A DNA stretch of 63,248 nt, the filler included, from Basidiobolus ranarum (lineage: Eukaryota), in assembly GCA_040143965.1 (NCBI GenBank). It is 32 parts of 32 records of this genome, joined end to end, with 100 filler letters (N's around TTAATTAATTAA, not from the genome) between each part and the next. Parts side by side here need not be neighbours in the genome. Positions count along the whole stretch, not along the records: positions 11,922 to 13,805 come from JASJQH010011030.1; positions 13,906 to 15,789 come from JASJQH010011031.1; positions 15,890 to 17,772 come from JASJQH010011032.1; positions 17,873 to 19,755 come from JASJQH010011033.1; positions 19,856 to 21,738 come from JASJQH010011034.1; positions 21,839 to 23,720 come from JASJQH010011035.1; positions 23,821 to 25,701 come from JASJQH010011036.1; positions 25,802 to 27,682 come from JASJQH010011037.1; 24 more parts are not named here. One strand, 5' to 3'. Under the pieces are notes generated by a model. That model was given only the letters and a program-made list of their open reading frames with translations, did not search any database and was not told the DNA's origin. The stretch's first letter is position 1. Each line of letters opens with the position of its first letter. A program made the translations under genes and the position numbers. Shown one piece after another: positions 12,770 to 26,348 of the stretch.

Positions 12770-13685
12770 CCATAACAGAAATTTGAGGATTGTTATTGTA
12801 AGAAGCTGCCACAATTTTAATCCATATGGGATTGACTGTTCAATTAGTATCATGAAATTGTCAAGTTAAATTTGATTTTACTCAATTTTAGCAACTTCAG
12901 CAGAGAAATTTCAAGATCTCACAAAATAAATGCACATGACTGGCTACAATCTGAGAGAACTATAGATCAACACTTGGGCAAAACATGTAACTCAAATCTT
13001 ACACATTTTCTACTTGAACACTAATTTGTCACCTTCAAAATCCCTAGTTTCTTTGATATATTCTCCTGAATGTTTTTATAGAGTTCTTCATACCCAAGGT
13101 TTAGCTCATGTCCAATGTGAGTTTGTATCACTCTCTGCATCAAAGCCCACAATTGTAATAATGTTGCTGAATTAACATTCTTCTAGCTATTGGGCTGATA
13201 CCCAGCAATATTGTGCCACTCTGTATTAAGTTCTTCCCAGACATCTGCATGGTCAACACCAGACTCAATGTCAAGTTGAATGTTCTTGTGCTAAAGCCAC
13301 TTTCTGCATATTTGCACTGCGTTTTTCTCTTCATACTTTTAAAATACTCCTCAATCACTTTGACTATTTTAATACATCCTTGTAGTGCAATAATGCTGAG
13401 GTTACTTTGTGGTTTTGTGTGGCTTTTTGGCTGCCTTTAACTCTGGGGCTAGTTTTATTACTTTAAAAAGTATCAGTCAAGGTTGGAGAGCTGTGAGTTT
13501 CATTTGCTAGTGCTTTAGCTTGTTGAGATATGCCAGGTGTTGGATAAGCTTCCAAATTTAGCACTTTTCCGACTGGTGTACCTGGTTCCATGTCAATATT
13601 AAGCTTTTTTGCCAGTATATCTGACTCTGGAAATGCAGATCTTGATTGTGGGGTGAAGTATTTGGTAAGTGGGAGAATAGAGCCT
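12770..13685 (+). mobile_element. CMC transposon left end and arm, inserted in Gypsy integrase
   Basis: Starts CCATAACAGAAATTTGAGG. Confidence 0.85.
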
Positions 13686-13805
13686 CCCTAACAGAAATTT
13701 GAGGATTGTTATCGTAGGAAAACTGTCACAATTTTAATCCATTTGGGATTGACCGTTGACTTACCGTCATAAAATCGTCAAGTTAGATTTGATTTTAATC
13801 AATTT
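13686..13805 (+). mobile_element. CMC transposon left end nested in an older copy
   Basis: Starts CCCTAACAGAAATTTGAGG; CpG-retaining. Confidence 0.88.
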
Positions 13806-14309
13806 NNNNNNNNNNNNNNNNNNNNNNNNNNNNNNNNNNNNNNNNNNNNTTAATTAATTAANNNNNNNNNNNNNNNNNNNNNNNNNNNNNNNNNNNNNNN
13901 NNNNNTACTAATGAATATCGAAATACGTGCTTCAACTTCGTTTTTGGCCTTTAACTTCATAGGCCGGCTAATACCAGTGCTGTTGGCTCTCTGAATGAAT
14001 AAGATGTGGAATCCTCGTTCCAGAATTTGCATTACAAAATATATTTGGAAGTGATGTGCCGTGATAGACCCCAATGATTCGGGAAGTCATAGACCCAAAT
14101 AGAATCAATGCACGTAATTGGACCATTCTATAGTTGGGACTGGTGAATTGTTTGGGTAGAACTAAAATCGATCAAATGCATTTGAATTCTTCAGCTGGTA
14201 TATAAGCTGAGAATTATCCAGTATTAATTTCATATCTCGTTTAGTTTAAAAAACTCCCACACTATCTATTTTACTGTTAAGAAGCTTGTCATAGCTTTAT
14301 TTCATCAGA

Positions 14310-15789
14310 ATGCCTGAGGGTTACTTCGACATTGATCATCCATCAGGTGCAAGCATCACCTTTAACTTTGCTACCGGTGCAGACTCGCCGCCTTCGGGTG
14401 AGTCACCGTTGACTACACCTACAATAGAGTTATCTCCACCAACCAAGGAGAAGAGGCAAGGCGCTAAATTAAAACGTAGTAAAACTCTGAGGAGAAAAAG
14501 AAGAGAGGCCAAGAAGCTCGTGAAGAATGTTTCCGATGTACATAGCTCTCAAGATGGCGGCGGTGTTCTTTCTCAACTTCTCAAGCTTCAAAACTTGACT
14601 CGTGCTAGAGGGCATAGCCACAAGGAAAAGGAGAAGGACGATCATTTGAAGCCTTCTAGCCGTGTATATTCCTCTTCTAGCTTAGCCTCATTGATCCAAA
14701 GCTCAACAAGTTTGTTGGGGATCCACTCCAATCGTACCAGCTTCTCCGATGATGGAACTGTTGTCTCTCCACTATCTTCTCCTTTGACTTCGCCATTAAT
14801 GTTGGAGGAGCATATGAAGATTACTGCCAATATTGCTGATATATTATTGAAGCAAGACTATCTACTGCTACTCTCACAAGCTATGGTTATATTTGGCTCT
14901 CCCTCTCATCGCCTTGAGCAAAATATGTATTTGAACTCTCGCGCACTGAAGATGGAGAGTTCATTCGCATTTTTACCTGGTGTAGCTTTGATAACGTTTG
15001 GTGACGCTAACACACATACCAGTGATACCCATATCATTAAAGCGGATCGCGACTATAATATGCTTAAACTTGAGCGTGTTTACGAAATTTCACGGAGTGT
15101 TATTTATGGAGAAGAGGATCTCGAAGAGGCTTACGATCAATTAGAAATGCTTATCGATGAGCCACCGATTTATCCATGGTGGGTTCGCATTCTGAATTAC
15201 GCCGTTTGCTCTTTCATTGTTTGTCCCCTAGCATTCAATGGCAACTGGATTGATGCCTTAGTGAGTGCAATCATCAGTGCATGTATAGGTGCACTTAGTT
15301 TGGTATCGGCTAAATTGTTCAACTATGCAAATGTCTTTGAAATCTCGTCCGCTGTTGTTACAGCATTTATAGCCACTGCTTTTCGCAACCACATCTGTTA
15401 TATGCCTGTAGTCATGTCATCTGTTGTTCTTCTTCTTCCTGGATTATCGCTAACCACCGCCGTCATCGAACTTGCCGCCAAAAGCTTGATTTCGGGTGTC
15501 GTTCGACTAGTTTACGCATTAATAATGGCATTTATGCTTGGTTTTGGACTCAGTTTTGGATCAAATTTATGGAAAGCCATTGACTCCACCACACCAGAAA
15601 CCGGAGTTTGCTCCACCATCAATCCCTATTGGTATTTTCTTCTGTGTCCCATTAACGCCCTCACTTATTCGATTTACTTGAACGCATCCCCCCGACAAAT
15701 GCCATTCATGGTGATTCTGAGTGCAGTGGGATTCTCTGTTTCCTTTTTCACCTCCAAAGTGGTAGATGCCACCACATCAGCAGCGATTT
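14310..15789 (+). CDS. PRM10: Threonine/serine exporter (ThrE) family membrane protein, Prm10-like; 3' truncated
   Basis: Open for 493 codons; ITANIADILLKQDYLLLLSQAMVIFGSPSHRLE, LLPGLSLTTAVIELAAKSLISGVVRLVYA; multiple TM segments; TATATAA about 110 bp upstream. Confidence 0.88.
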
Positions 15790-16029
15790 NNNNNNNNNNN
15801 NNNNNNNNNNNNNNNNNNNNNNNNNNNNNNNNNTTAATTAATTAANNNNNNNNNNNNNNNNNNNNNNNNNNNNNNNNNNNNNNNNNNNNAATTTGAGGTG
15901 ATTTGGAGAAGTTTTGAGAAAATAGTGAAAATTGGTAAAAGTGATCTAATTGATATTTCTATCAATTAGAGCAATAAACACACGTTTGTGTGTTAGATTT
16001 TGTCAAATCAATGAAGTTTACACTACAAG

Positions 16030-16222
16030 GCATATGCATGACTACTATCTAAATACAAAACTAAACTCCATGATGTTACTGTGAGAGCCTGGTAAGATTT
16101 TAACATGCTCACTGAAAACAATTCACCAAATAGTCGGTCTAACATGAAGCTTGGCATCAGCAATAAGCCTAAGATAATAATTCCAAAGGGGATCAGCTAG
16201 AGCTAGAGCTTCCCATTATGCA
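16030..16222 (+). pseudogene. CMC transposase central fragment
   Basis: Matches 45253..45435 (KPKIIIPKGIS..SFPLC). Confidence 0.7.
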
Positions 16223-17772
16223 CCTTAACAAAAATAAAATCAATTTGATCTGGATTGGATCCACCCTTAGGAATTGCAATACCATCAGAGAACTGTCACA
16301 GTGTTGGTGACTAACATTCTGCCAGGGATTTTGATGGTGTGATGATGGCTTCTTTGTGGTATCTTGACAGTATCCATACATGATAAAACATTGCTCCTCA
16401 TAATTGGCTTGTTTTATTTAATTTCTGGCAATTGTTGCAAAAATATAATTTTTCAATGGCAAATTAATGGGTTCACTACTGTAGGAATTCAAATTAATAT
16501 GCATGCCTTTATTTAGATATTTTGGCTTTGTATTCCAGCCATAATGAGAATCAAAAATTACAAGAATCCTGTTGTGTTTAGTCTCTTCATCTGCACACAC
16601 TTGAACATCCAGATGTAACTCAACAACATCAATATGCTTTACCAGCAAACTAATGGTGTAAAAATTGCTAAACATCTGAAATTTTGTATAGCATTGACAC
16701 TTTGCAAATAGCTGACTCTTGTTACCATTCACAATGAGAATCAGCTCCTGGATTTTTGCAAATTTTCATAAAAAATGCAGCCAAAATATCCCCAATGTGA
16801 AGTCAACAAATGTCCTACCACAAGTAGATGTGTCTTTGCTGGAATTGATTACCCCATGGCTAAAATGGTAATACTGCATATCTTGATCCATCTAACCAAG
16901 CAGTCTGTCTTGCAGCTTTCCTAATAATACTATCAGATTATCACGCAAACAAAATAGTCCAAGTTATAGAGGTACTTACTCTGTGTCCATGTATTGGGCT
17001 TTGTTGCTGTTATTGTGCTCAAACAATGTAAAAGCCCATGCGCATAGTGAAAAGAGCCCTTTATTGGAAGGTTAGTATAATCTGGAGTCTCTTCAACTGA
17101 TTGCATTATATCCATCACTGATTTTGCTGATAATTTATTAAACAAATTAGCAAATGTTAATACTGATGATTTCATACAGAGCATCATTTCACCACAGGTG
17201 TGCTCCATTGGGAACTCCCATAATGTATATCAAGGGCCTATAATCTCTAAGCATTGTGAAAGATGCAGCAGGGAATATGTTGAATACCAGCATATATTCA
17301 TTCCATCTTCTTTAAACCTGTAATAAAGTTATTCATATCCAATTACAAAATCTGTGCACAGTCACTGTATCTGCCTGAGATGTTCCAATGTGACTTGATG
17401 CCAAAAGAATATATTAACAATATTCATGAACAACTCCTGATGTTACCAATAGTAATTAGGCAGAAATCTTTTCAAAACTCCACTTGAATATATACAAATC
17501 CAATATTTCAAGTTTTTGCATTTGAATAAACACCTAGGTGAGTGGATACTGATGGGAGTCCTGGTAAATAATGATGGTAGCTTGACATTTTCAAGCTTTT
17601 TCCCAATCAATTCAAACTTTGATCCTATCTCAAATGGCTCATTCATTTTGAATTTTCCACTATATAGCTGAGTAAGTATTATTGAAATGTTGTTGAATAG
17701 TAAGTGCATAGTGCCTAAGGAGAATCTCTGGCCCCAACTGATCCCCCTTAGCACTATAATCTTAGGCTTATG
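16223..17772 (-). mobile_element. CMC transposon right end with transposase C-terminal half
   Basis: Terminus CCTTAACAAAAAT; TMHLLFNN, LPSLFTRTP, LLHLSQC, WEFPMEHTCG (DUF4218-like region); ORFs 17443..17754, 16933..17208 and 16418..16732 are fragments of it. Confidence 0.88.
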
Positions 17773-17872
17773 NNNNNNNNNNNNNNNNNNNNNNNNNNNN
17801 NNNNNNNNNNNNNNNNTTAATTAATTAANNNNNNNNNNNNNNNNNNNNNNNNNNNNNNNNNNNNNNNNNNNN

Positions 17873-18067
17873 ATAGTTCTCTGAGATTTTAGCCAATCAT
17901 TCGCAACTATTTTGCAAGATCTTGAAATTTCACTCCTGAAACTGAAAAAATTGATTAAAATCAAATCTAACTTGACAATTTTATGACGGTAAGTAAACAG
18001 TCAATCCCAAATGGATTAAAATTGTGACGGTTTTCCTACAATAAGAATCCTCAAGTTTCTGTTAGGG
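17873..18067 (-). mobile_element. CMC transposon left end inserted in Copia RNase H
   Basis: Ends TTTCTGTTAGGG on the plus strand. Confidence 0.85.
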
Positions 18068-18574
18068 TCTATGGCTGTTCAAAAGCTATATGGCTAAGGA
18101 GTCTTCTCAAGGAACTAGGATATGATGAAGTAAATCCTACCCCAATATATCAAGATAATATTAGTTGTATTCAGATCACCAAAAATCCTCAGCATCACTA
18201 AAGATCAAACATATTGACATAAGATATTGTTCAATATGAGAGAAAGTTCAAGACAAAGAAGTGAACTTTATTTTTTGTAATACTGAAAACTTGCCTTCAA
18301 ATATATTAACAAAACCATCAAAACTTGAAGCTTTGAGAAGTTAAGAGCAGGAAAAGGCATTGGTGAATATAGGCACAATGCTGAATAAAAATTAAGGGAA
18401 GGTGTTGGATAATTAATCTTTATTCAGCATCATGGTGAACTTTAGCTATGATACATATATCAAAAACAGTAAGGAATGTATCAATAGCCCCTATATTCTA
18501 AATAGGAATATTTCTATGTCTCTATAACAAGTATATCTTATTACCCCCACTTATCTATTTTATCTTATTCAACA
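18068..18574 (+). mobile_element. Copia family D 3' end: RNase H, PPT and 172-bp LTR (18403..18574)
   Basis: AIWLRSLLKELG, IYQDNISCI, KHIDIR; AAGGGAAGG immediately before TGTTG...CAACA. Confidence 0.85.
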
Positions 18575-18749
18575 ACCTCCTGAACATTTCAAACAATTGA
18601 TTTACTTTTTTACTATATAAGTCACAAAATACTCATAAGAATAAAGTAATTAAAACACACTATCATAAGTTGCTTCTAATAACCAAAGTATACCCCCATT
18701 GTGTCAGGATTCTCCAACAGTATGTAGAATTACAGGAATCAGTAGTTGT

Positions 18750-19755
18750 TGGTAAAGTATTTGGAGCCTGTTGGAAGTGGTTTGGAAAATTAGAGGAATA
18801 AGTGTTTTTCACTTAATGATTTACTCAGTAGAAAGTTGAAATTTATAGTTGTGTCAGGATGTAAACCAACTAACAGGTAGAATATGTTAAAGAAGGTCCC
18901 AGGAACATGTGTTCAAAGTTTGGGGCCTCTAGCACAATTTTTAAAAATCCATTCATCTAAGAACCTAAGTTAGGGAAATATTCTTAGTAAATTCTGATTG
19001 AAAATAATAGATAATATGTTGGTGAACTATGATATGCCTAGGTACTAAGCTGTATATAACTATATTGGTGTTTAGGCAATGCTAATTTCAACACTGTCTC
19101 TCAACTAAATAGTCAGATAAACTAATCCTAAGAAAGGTCTAAATTTCTAAAATTTCTGTCTAGCCAATGGTTTGGTTAATATATCAGCAATTATGTTGTT
19201 TGTAGAACAATAAGTTAAGTCAATAAACTTATCCTCTATAGTCTCTCTAATGAATTGATGCTTAATATCTATATGTTAGCTTCAATTATGAAACATGCAA
19301 TTTTTGGCTAATTTGATATAGCTTTGATCATCTTGAAATATTGTGGTTGGTGAATTTTGAGAATAATCTAAATATGTCAAGAGTTTTCTTAATCATATTG
19401 CTTCTTTTGTTACTTCACAGGCAGCCATATGTTTGGCTTCTGTTGTTCAAAGTGTTATGGTAGGTTGTTTCTTTGAATTCCAAAAAATAGCACCATTGCA
19501 GCAAAGAAATAAGTATCCTGTTTTCGATCTCTTGTCTTCAATATCACTTCCCAGATTTGCATCTAACTATCCCATCAGATCAAAATATGATCCAGAATAT
19601 GTGTATTTTAAGCACAAATCCACAGTAACTTTCAAATATCTGAAATCCACTTAAGTGCTAAGATTTGATCAAATCCATAGTTTAGAAGATATCAGCTCAT
19701 ACCTCCCACAGAATATGCAATATCTGGCCTTGTTCCAACCATGCCATACATCAAA
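18750..19755 (-). mobile_element. Copia family A 3' end: RT/RNase H (19094..19755) and 3' LTR (18750..19093)
   Basis: YGMVGTRPDIAYSVG, WNSKKQPTI, IFQDDQS, IADILTKPL; TTGAGAGACAG before TGTTGAAATTAGC. Confidence 0.88.
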
Positions 19756-19855
19756 NNNNNNNNNNNNNNNNNNNNNNNNNNNNNNNNNNNNNNNNNNNNT
19801 TAATTAATTAANNNNNNNNNNNNNNNNNNNNNNNNNNNNNNNNNNNNNNNNNNNN

Positions 19856-20037
19856 ATTGTAGCCAATCATGTGCAACAATTTTGCAAGATCTTGAAATTT
19901 CACTCCTGAAACTGAAAAAATTGATTAAAATCAAATCTAACTTGACAATTTTATGATGGTAAGTAAGCAGTCAATCCCAAATGGATTAAAATTGTGATGG
20001 TTTTCCTACAATAACAATCCTCAAATTTTGGTTAGGA
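19856..20037 (-). mobile_element. CMC transposon left end inserted in Copia
   Basis: Matches 17873..18067. Confidence 0.85.
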
Positions 20038-21738
20038 TGGGTGAACCTATTTCATTTTTGTTAAACAAAACATCCCTGGACTTGATTAACTTGGAAATTT
20101 TGGTATCATAGAGTCTGTAGGCCTTAGTTTGGGTTCAATATCTCAGAAATAGGCATTTCTTACTTTTTTGAGCAAATTTAAACCAATTTTGGGTCATAAT
20201 TTTGAAATAAGCAATGCATCCAAAGATCCTCAAATGTTTACATCAGATTTAACTCCAAACCAAGCATGATATGTTGTAGATTTAGAGAGACTTCTAGTAA
20301 AACTCATATTATTCAGATATATAGCTGTAGCAACAGATTCCACCCTAAAGTTATGAGATAAATTTTGTGCATTTATCATAAATCTTGCCATTTCTATTAT
20401 AGTCCTTGTAGCTCTTTCAACAACTCCATTTTATTGAGGTGAATAGGAGGCAGTAGTTTCTTGCTTAATTCCATAAACTTTGCAAAAGTGCTTCAATAGT
20501 GTTGAAGTATATTCTCCACCATTATTAGAACATAGTTTCTTGATTTTAGTTCAGTTTCAGTCTCCACTAATGTTTTAAAATCTCTAAAGTGAGAGAGAGC
20601 TTCTTCTTTTCTTTTGATAAAGAAGAACCAGGTGTATCTTGTATAACATTAATAAATGTGATCAACATCATTTTCCACCTAAAGATAAATTTTGCATTGG
20701 TCTACACAAATCTGAATGTATTGGATCCATTTTTTTGGCAGATTTGATTAAGCCAGAGCTCTTGAATTGTTGCCTGGCTTTTTTTTCATATGCAGAACCC
20801 TCACAAATTTCTATTTTGGTTGGGGGGTTAACTTGAATTCCAGAAATTAGGCAATTTTGATCATTGTGCTCAATAATCAAATCCAATAAGGCCAAACCTC
20901 TTATGCCATAATTGAATAGTTTCTTGATTGGAATAACATAGATTTACATACAAACCTCTTGGATTATGTGTAAGATTGTATCAGTTTGGATCCTTTTCTC
21001 CTAAAACTAAATAATTCCCATTTTGATCAGTAATGGTGCATCTTGGCTTATCAAAATTGAATTTTAGCCCTTCTGAGATGGCCTTGCATACAGATTTTAA
21101 ATTCTTTGCAATATCTGTAGCCTGTAGTACATCCTGAGAAGTATACACTTTTTCTTCAGAAACTCCAGTAAAATTAACTTCCACTGTTCCCATTCCAATG
21201 CCATCCAATGTATGGGCATCTCCCATGAGACCTTTTTAATTGGGATTTCCTCATAATCCACAAACCAATGTTTTTCATTTGTGAAATGTTGGGAGGCTCC
21301 AGAATCAATATACCACATCTAAGAATCACTGTTGGTAGACGTATATAGAACAGATATGAGCAAGTGTTCTTCTGTTGTACCACATTTCCAGATTCAGTAT
21401 ATTTTTCTTCTTTTTTAATTGTTTTAAAGCATTTTTTTCCTTAAATGGCCAGTTCTGTTAAAATAATCCCCAAATGTGTTGCTTTTTTTCTTAAATTGCT
21501 TTGGACCCCTATAGAAAGGCTTACCATAGCTTATAAAAGCATTTCTCTTCATTTTTTTGGTTGGATTCTGATTTGTGTAAATCTTCATCCAGAAGTCTGC
21601 CAAATATATAATTTAAGGTCAAGTTTTCAGTTCTTGATTCTAGAGCCATTACTAGGCTCTGAGACTCATGTGGCAGGCTATTCAAGACTGTAACTATGAT
21701 ATCTTGATCAGTGGCAGGTACTCCAATGCATTCCATTT
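20038..21738 (-). pseudogene. Ty1/Copia gag, protease and integrase, decayed
   Basis: VLNSLPHE (gag), WYIDSGASQH, ICEGS..IHSDLCRPM, LRIFGC; many frameshifts. Confidence 0.92.
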
Positions 21739-23820
21739 NNNNNNNNNNNNNNNNNNNNNNNNNNNNNNNNNNNNNNNNNNNNTTAATTAATTAANNNNNN
21801 NNNNNNNNNNNNNNNNNNNNNNNNNNNNNNNNNNNNNNGCTCTCAGCCGACAGATAATCCTCCAACAAAGCCGAAAGCTCAATAATTCTTGCAGTAGGCC
21901 CTCGTTGCTGGCGTGAGGTAGTACGCATTAAACTGGTATGTCTTTCTGGTGGCATGCTCCTTGGAGATGACTCTTCTCCAGATGTAAAAAGCTCACTGGT
22001 TGGTTTGGTTGAATTAGGTAAATTTTGTGCCACAATGCATGAGAATGCAGGCCATCCTCTTTCTGATTCTTCATTGACTGCTTGCTCTTCATCAAAAACA
22101 AGAGAAACATCACAGACTCTTCCAAGCTGGCTTTGCTAGCAATGTGCACTATTATCTGATTAACCAACTTGTTGGGCTCTTGTCCTTGTTGGGGGTGTTA
22201 ACTTAATTCTAGCAGTGAGTTGTGTAGATTCTTCTTGTGAAATAGATATCTTGTCAGGAGTCTCTTTGATTCAGAGCAATCTAGTTCATCTCTGCAATGG
22301 TCTAGACTGCTCCAATTTGCCTTTGGGAATATCTTCTGATTCAATACATTGACTTGCTTTTCTCTTTACACCTCTGTTGATTAGTCTTGCCATGGTGTCC
22401 TGAAATATTGTTTTGAACTCTGCAACCTCCATCAACAGTTGCTGCAAAATCTTATTGAGTGGTGGTAGATATCTATTTAGAACATCTATTGCCTCTAAAG
22501 TTGAGGCTGCAATGGTTGCTTCCATTCCAAACAAACAAAAACACAATTGAATTTTGTTTTTGCGGACTTAAAGTCAAAATTCCTATTCCTCAATTCAAGC
22601 TTTCTATCCTCATGGGTCTTATTGTATATTTTCTTGCAGACTTCTGAGAACATGAAGATATAGTTTTCTCTCCAATGCAGAGTTGAAAGTTGCTTCCACT
22701 TTTGTTTAATGCCACCTTCCCCAGCTTCTGTCAAATTTATCAGTAGCTCCTATATATCCAAGCAAAAATTCAGAGTGGATACCTGGGCATCTGTAAAATC
22801 ATTAGGCACATGCTGCTTTGTGCCACCCACACCTTCATTTGACTGTGCACACAAAATTTTGGAAGTGGTTGTTTCCTGTACCAAAGTAGGTTGTGAATCA
22901 GGAAGAATCTGTTTTGACATGTAACCTAACTACCATATATATCTTTGATGTAAGACTCTATTGGTTTCAATCTGAATTACGGATCTTTTTTATATTATTG
23001 GTCAAAATGTCAAAGTTAATTTCCTATAGTGAGATCAAGCATAACACATTCCGCTTCAAGCCATTTTGATATATATGCTAAATAAATTGATTTGGATCAA
23101 ACTATGATTAACTTTGCTGATGCAGTTTATTATATAACTTCCATGCAATACATAATTGAAATAATTAGGATAATGAATGCAAACAGATATCTTATTATAC
23201 AGAATGTAGGGAATTTTACCAAAATAAATGAAACTCTTGGATAAATAACATGCCAGCACCAGGTCAATTAGTAATGTGCCAGCTCAATACAAGATTAATA
23301 TCATGCTCTCCATCTACTCTAAATGGTCATTCCTCATTAACCAAAAGCAACTGCTGGCTTTCTTATCACCACCCTAGAAGCTATATCTGAGCAATACTCT
23401 AGCTCATATACTCCAATACCTACCAGAAAGCAGCCAGTCAATTTGTTGTGTTAATACAAAAACTATTGTCCAATCAGATTTCAGTGCACTGTTAATGGTA
23501 GCAAAAGTGGGAGAAGCCTCCTTACCAGGCTTCAAGGAATGAGAATGATCTAGCTTCAGTTATGAATGATGTTGTAGGTGCCTGGGACAAAAGATTTAGA
23601 GACTCTAATTTCCTTCCTTTCCTGGAGTATTTCCCTATAGAAGTCATATCAGAAGTATTCTTGACACATTTCCAGTCAGAATTAACAGGCCCAAAAGCAA
23701 CCAAAAGCTATTCTATTCTGNNNNNNNNNNNNNNNNNNNNNNNNNNNNNNNNNNNNNNNNNNNNTTAATTAATTAANNNNNNNNNNNNNNNNNNNNNNNN
23801 NNNNNNNNNNNNNNNNNNNN

Positions 23821-24568
23821 GCAGGTTACTTATTTCTTTGCTGTAGTGGAGCTATTTCTTGTAATTCAAAGAAACAACCTACTGTAGCACTTTCAACAAC
23901 AAAAGCTGAATACATGGCTGCCTGTAAAGCAACAAAAGAAGCAATATGGTTAAGAAAACTCTTAACAGATTTGGGTTATTCTTGAAATTCACCAACTACA
24001 ATATTTCAAGCTAATCAAAGTGGTATCAAATTAGCTAAAAATACTATGTTTCATAATAGAAACAAACACATAGATATTAAGCATCACTTCATTAGAGAGA
24101 CTATAGAGAATGAGCTTATTGACTCAACTTATTGGTCTAAAGAAGACATGATTGCTGATATATTAACCAAGCTATTAGCTAGACAGAAATTTGAGAAATT
24201 CAGAACTTATGTGTTAAGAGAGAGTGTTGAAATTAGCTTTGCCTAAGCACCTAAATAGTCATATATAGCTTATTACTTAGTTATCTTATAATTCACCAAG
24301 ATATTATCTATTATTCTCAATTGGAATTTACTTGGAATATTTTTAAAAACTTTAAAGTTTTCAGATATATAGATTTTTCAAGCTTGTGCTAGAAGCCCCA
24401 AACTTTGCACACATGTTCCTGGGACCTTCCTTAGCACATTCTACATGTTAGTTTGTTTACATCATGACAGAACCATAAATGTCAACTTTCTGCTCAATAA
24501 ATCAAGAAGTGAAAACACCAATTCCTCTAATTCTCCAAACCACTTTCAACAGGCTCCCAAATACTTTA
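23821..24568 (+). mobile_element. Copia family A 3' end: RNase H and 3' LTR (24225..24568)
   Basis: [40 protein letters not shown] before TGTTGAAATTAGC. Confidence 0.92.
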
Positions 24569-25701
24569 GGATTAGTTGTTATTGGTCTAGATATATTCAC
24601 TCAACTTGGCTTCAATATAGGAGTACTACCAGCTTCTTATCCTGAATTAAGCAAATCTTTATCACCTGATTCTGATCACAAACCAGAAGTAATCTCAGAC
24701 ACTCCTGAACAAGAAGAATTATCACCTCCCCTCCAAGCATACACCAACTCTGTCAAAGTAGCCATTCAACCTGCTATTGAGAGAAACCAGATAATCCAAA
24801 AGAATAGCTTCTGCACTATACTAGAGTCTCTTGTTGTCTTGGAAAAAGTACCAGGAGAAACAACTTGGAGAAGGCAATATCCTATTCCACATATGGTACT
24901 ATCTTTAGTTGATGAAGTAGTACATAAATGGGCTGATAATGGCATTGTCACGCAAGCACCTGTCAACACTACCTTCAACTGTCCTTAGACTTTAGCACCA
25001 AAGAAGAATTCAGAAGGAAATATCATGCTAAAAAGACCCTGTTTAGATTCAAGACTTCTAAACAAACTACTACCAGATGACAAATTTCCTATCCCTAGGA
25101 TTAATTACATCTCATCCTCACTTTCAGGAGCCCAAGTATCTTCCAAATTGGATTTAATGGATGCTTATCACCAATTTCAAATTCAGCCAGACCACCAACA
25201 CAAGACTACTTTCACATGGAGAAACATGCAATGGATGTTTCAAGATGCACCCTTTGGACTCAAGACATTGACCAGCAGTTTCAATGAGTTATGATTATCA
25301 TTCTCAAAGATGCTAGCTATGCCTTAGTGTTTGTTGCTGATGCTATCATTTTCTCAAATGATAGAGCTGTTCATGCAACCCAGGTTACTGATATTATCAA
25401 CCATCTTACTTTTGTAGGACTTATTATGAATGCTGAAAATGCAGCTTTGCTTGCCTTAAAATCAATCTAATTGGTTTTATTGATACTCCAACAGGCTACC
25501 AATTAGATCCTTTCAAGTTAGTCAACATTAAGGATTGGCATAAGCCCACTACCACTAAACAACTTCAACACTACCTAGGAGTCCTCAACTGTTTCAGGGA
25601 ACATAAGTCACTTTTCTCTACTCCAAGTGCACCACTTGATTCCTGATGGCATAACCCTAATCTTCCCTCAGTTTAGAACAAAGCACATGATGAAGCCTTT
25701 G
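24569..25701 (+). pseudogene. Ty3/Gypsy protease end and RT, decayed
   Basis: VIGLDIF, RRQYPIP, RPCLDSRLLNK, FPIPRI, SKLDLMDAYHQ, HKTTFT, PFGLK; catalytic motif reads FVAD. Confidence 0.92.
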
Positions 25702-25879
25702 NNNNNNNNNNNNNNNNNNNNNNNNNNNNNNNNNNNNNNNNNNNNTTAATTAATTAANNNNNNNNNNNNNNNNNNNNNNNNNNNNNNNNNNNNNNNNNNN
25801 NATAATTCCGTCAGTAAGGGGTAAAGAAAGTGATAGATCATAGAAATACAAGAATATAAATAGAGACCAACAATCTATG

Positions 25880-26348
25880 CAATTCAAAATTTCAGATGTT
25901 TAGCAATTTTTTTACTGTTAGTTTGCTGGTAAAGCATATTGATGTTGCTGAGTTATGTCTAATCAGTCAAGTATGTTCATATGTAGAGACTAAACACAAC
26001 CAAATTCTTGTATTTTTTGATTCTGATTATGGCTGAAATACAGAGCCTAAAATAACTAAATAAAGGCATGTATATTAATTTGAATTCCTACAGCAGTATA
26101 CCCAGTAATTTGTGATACAAAAATTTTATTTTTGCAAAAATTGCCAGATATTGAATAATGCATGCCAAATTTGAGGATCAATATTTAAACATCTATGAAT
26201 ACTGTCAAGATACTGTCAAGAAACCAGTGTCACACCATCAAAATCCCTGGCTGAATGCAAGCCACCAATATTGTGATGGTTCTCTGATGGTTTTGCTCTT
26301 TTGGAGGGTGGATCGGATCTGGATCAAATCAATTTTTTTTTGTTAGGG
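25880..26348 (+). mobile_element. CMC transposon right end
   Basis: Ends TTTTTGTTAGGG; matches 28010..28462. Confidence 0.85.

Noticed and set aside
13850..14074. ORFs that run into X stretches (also 21791, 23562, 29494, 33487, 61325)
   Set aside because: Lengths are inflated by spacer Ns and there are no motifs.
24479..24988. 169-aa ORF as a novel protein
   Set aside because: Read-through chimera of LTR-A and Gypsy pol.
26158..26346. Recurrent short ORF MHAKFEDQ...HHQNPWQNASHQ (also 16193, 28233, 45055, 56810, 58389) as a peptide family
   Set aside because: It overlies the subterminal repeats and TIR of the CMC right end; recurrence reflects copy number and the His/Gln bias fits CpG decay.
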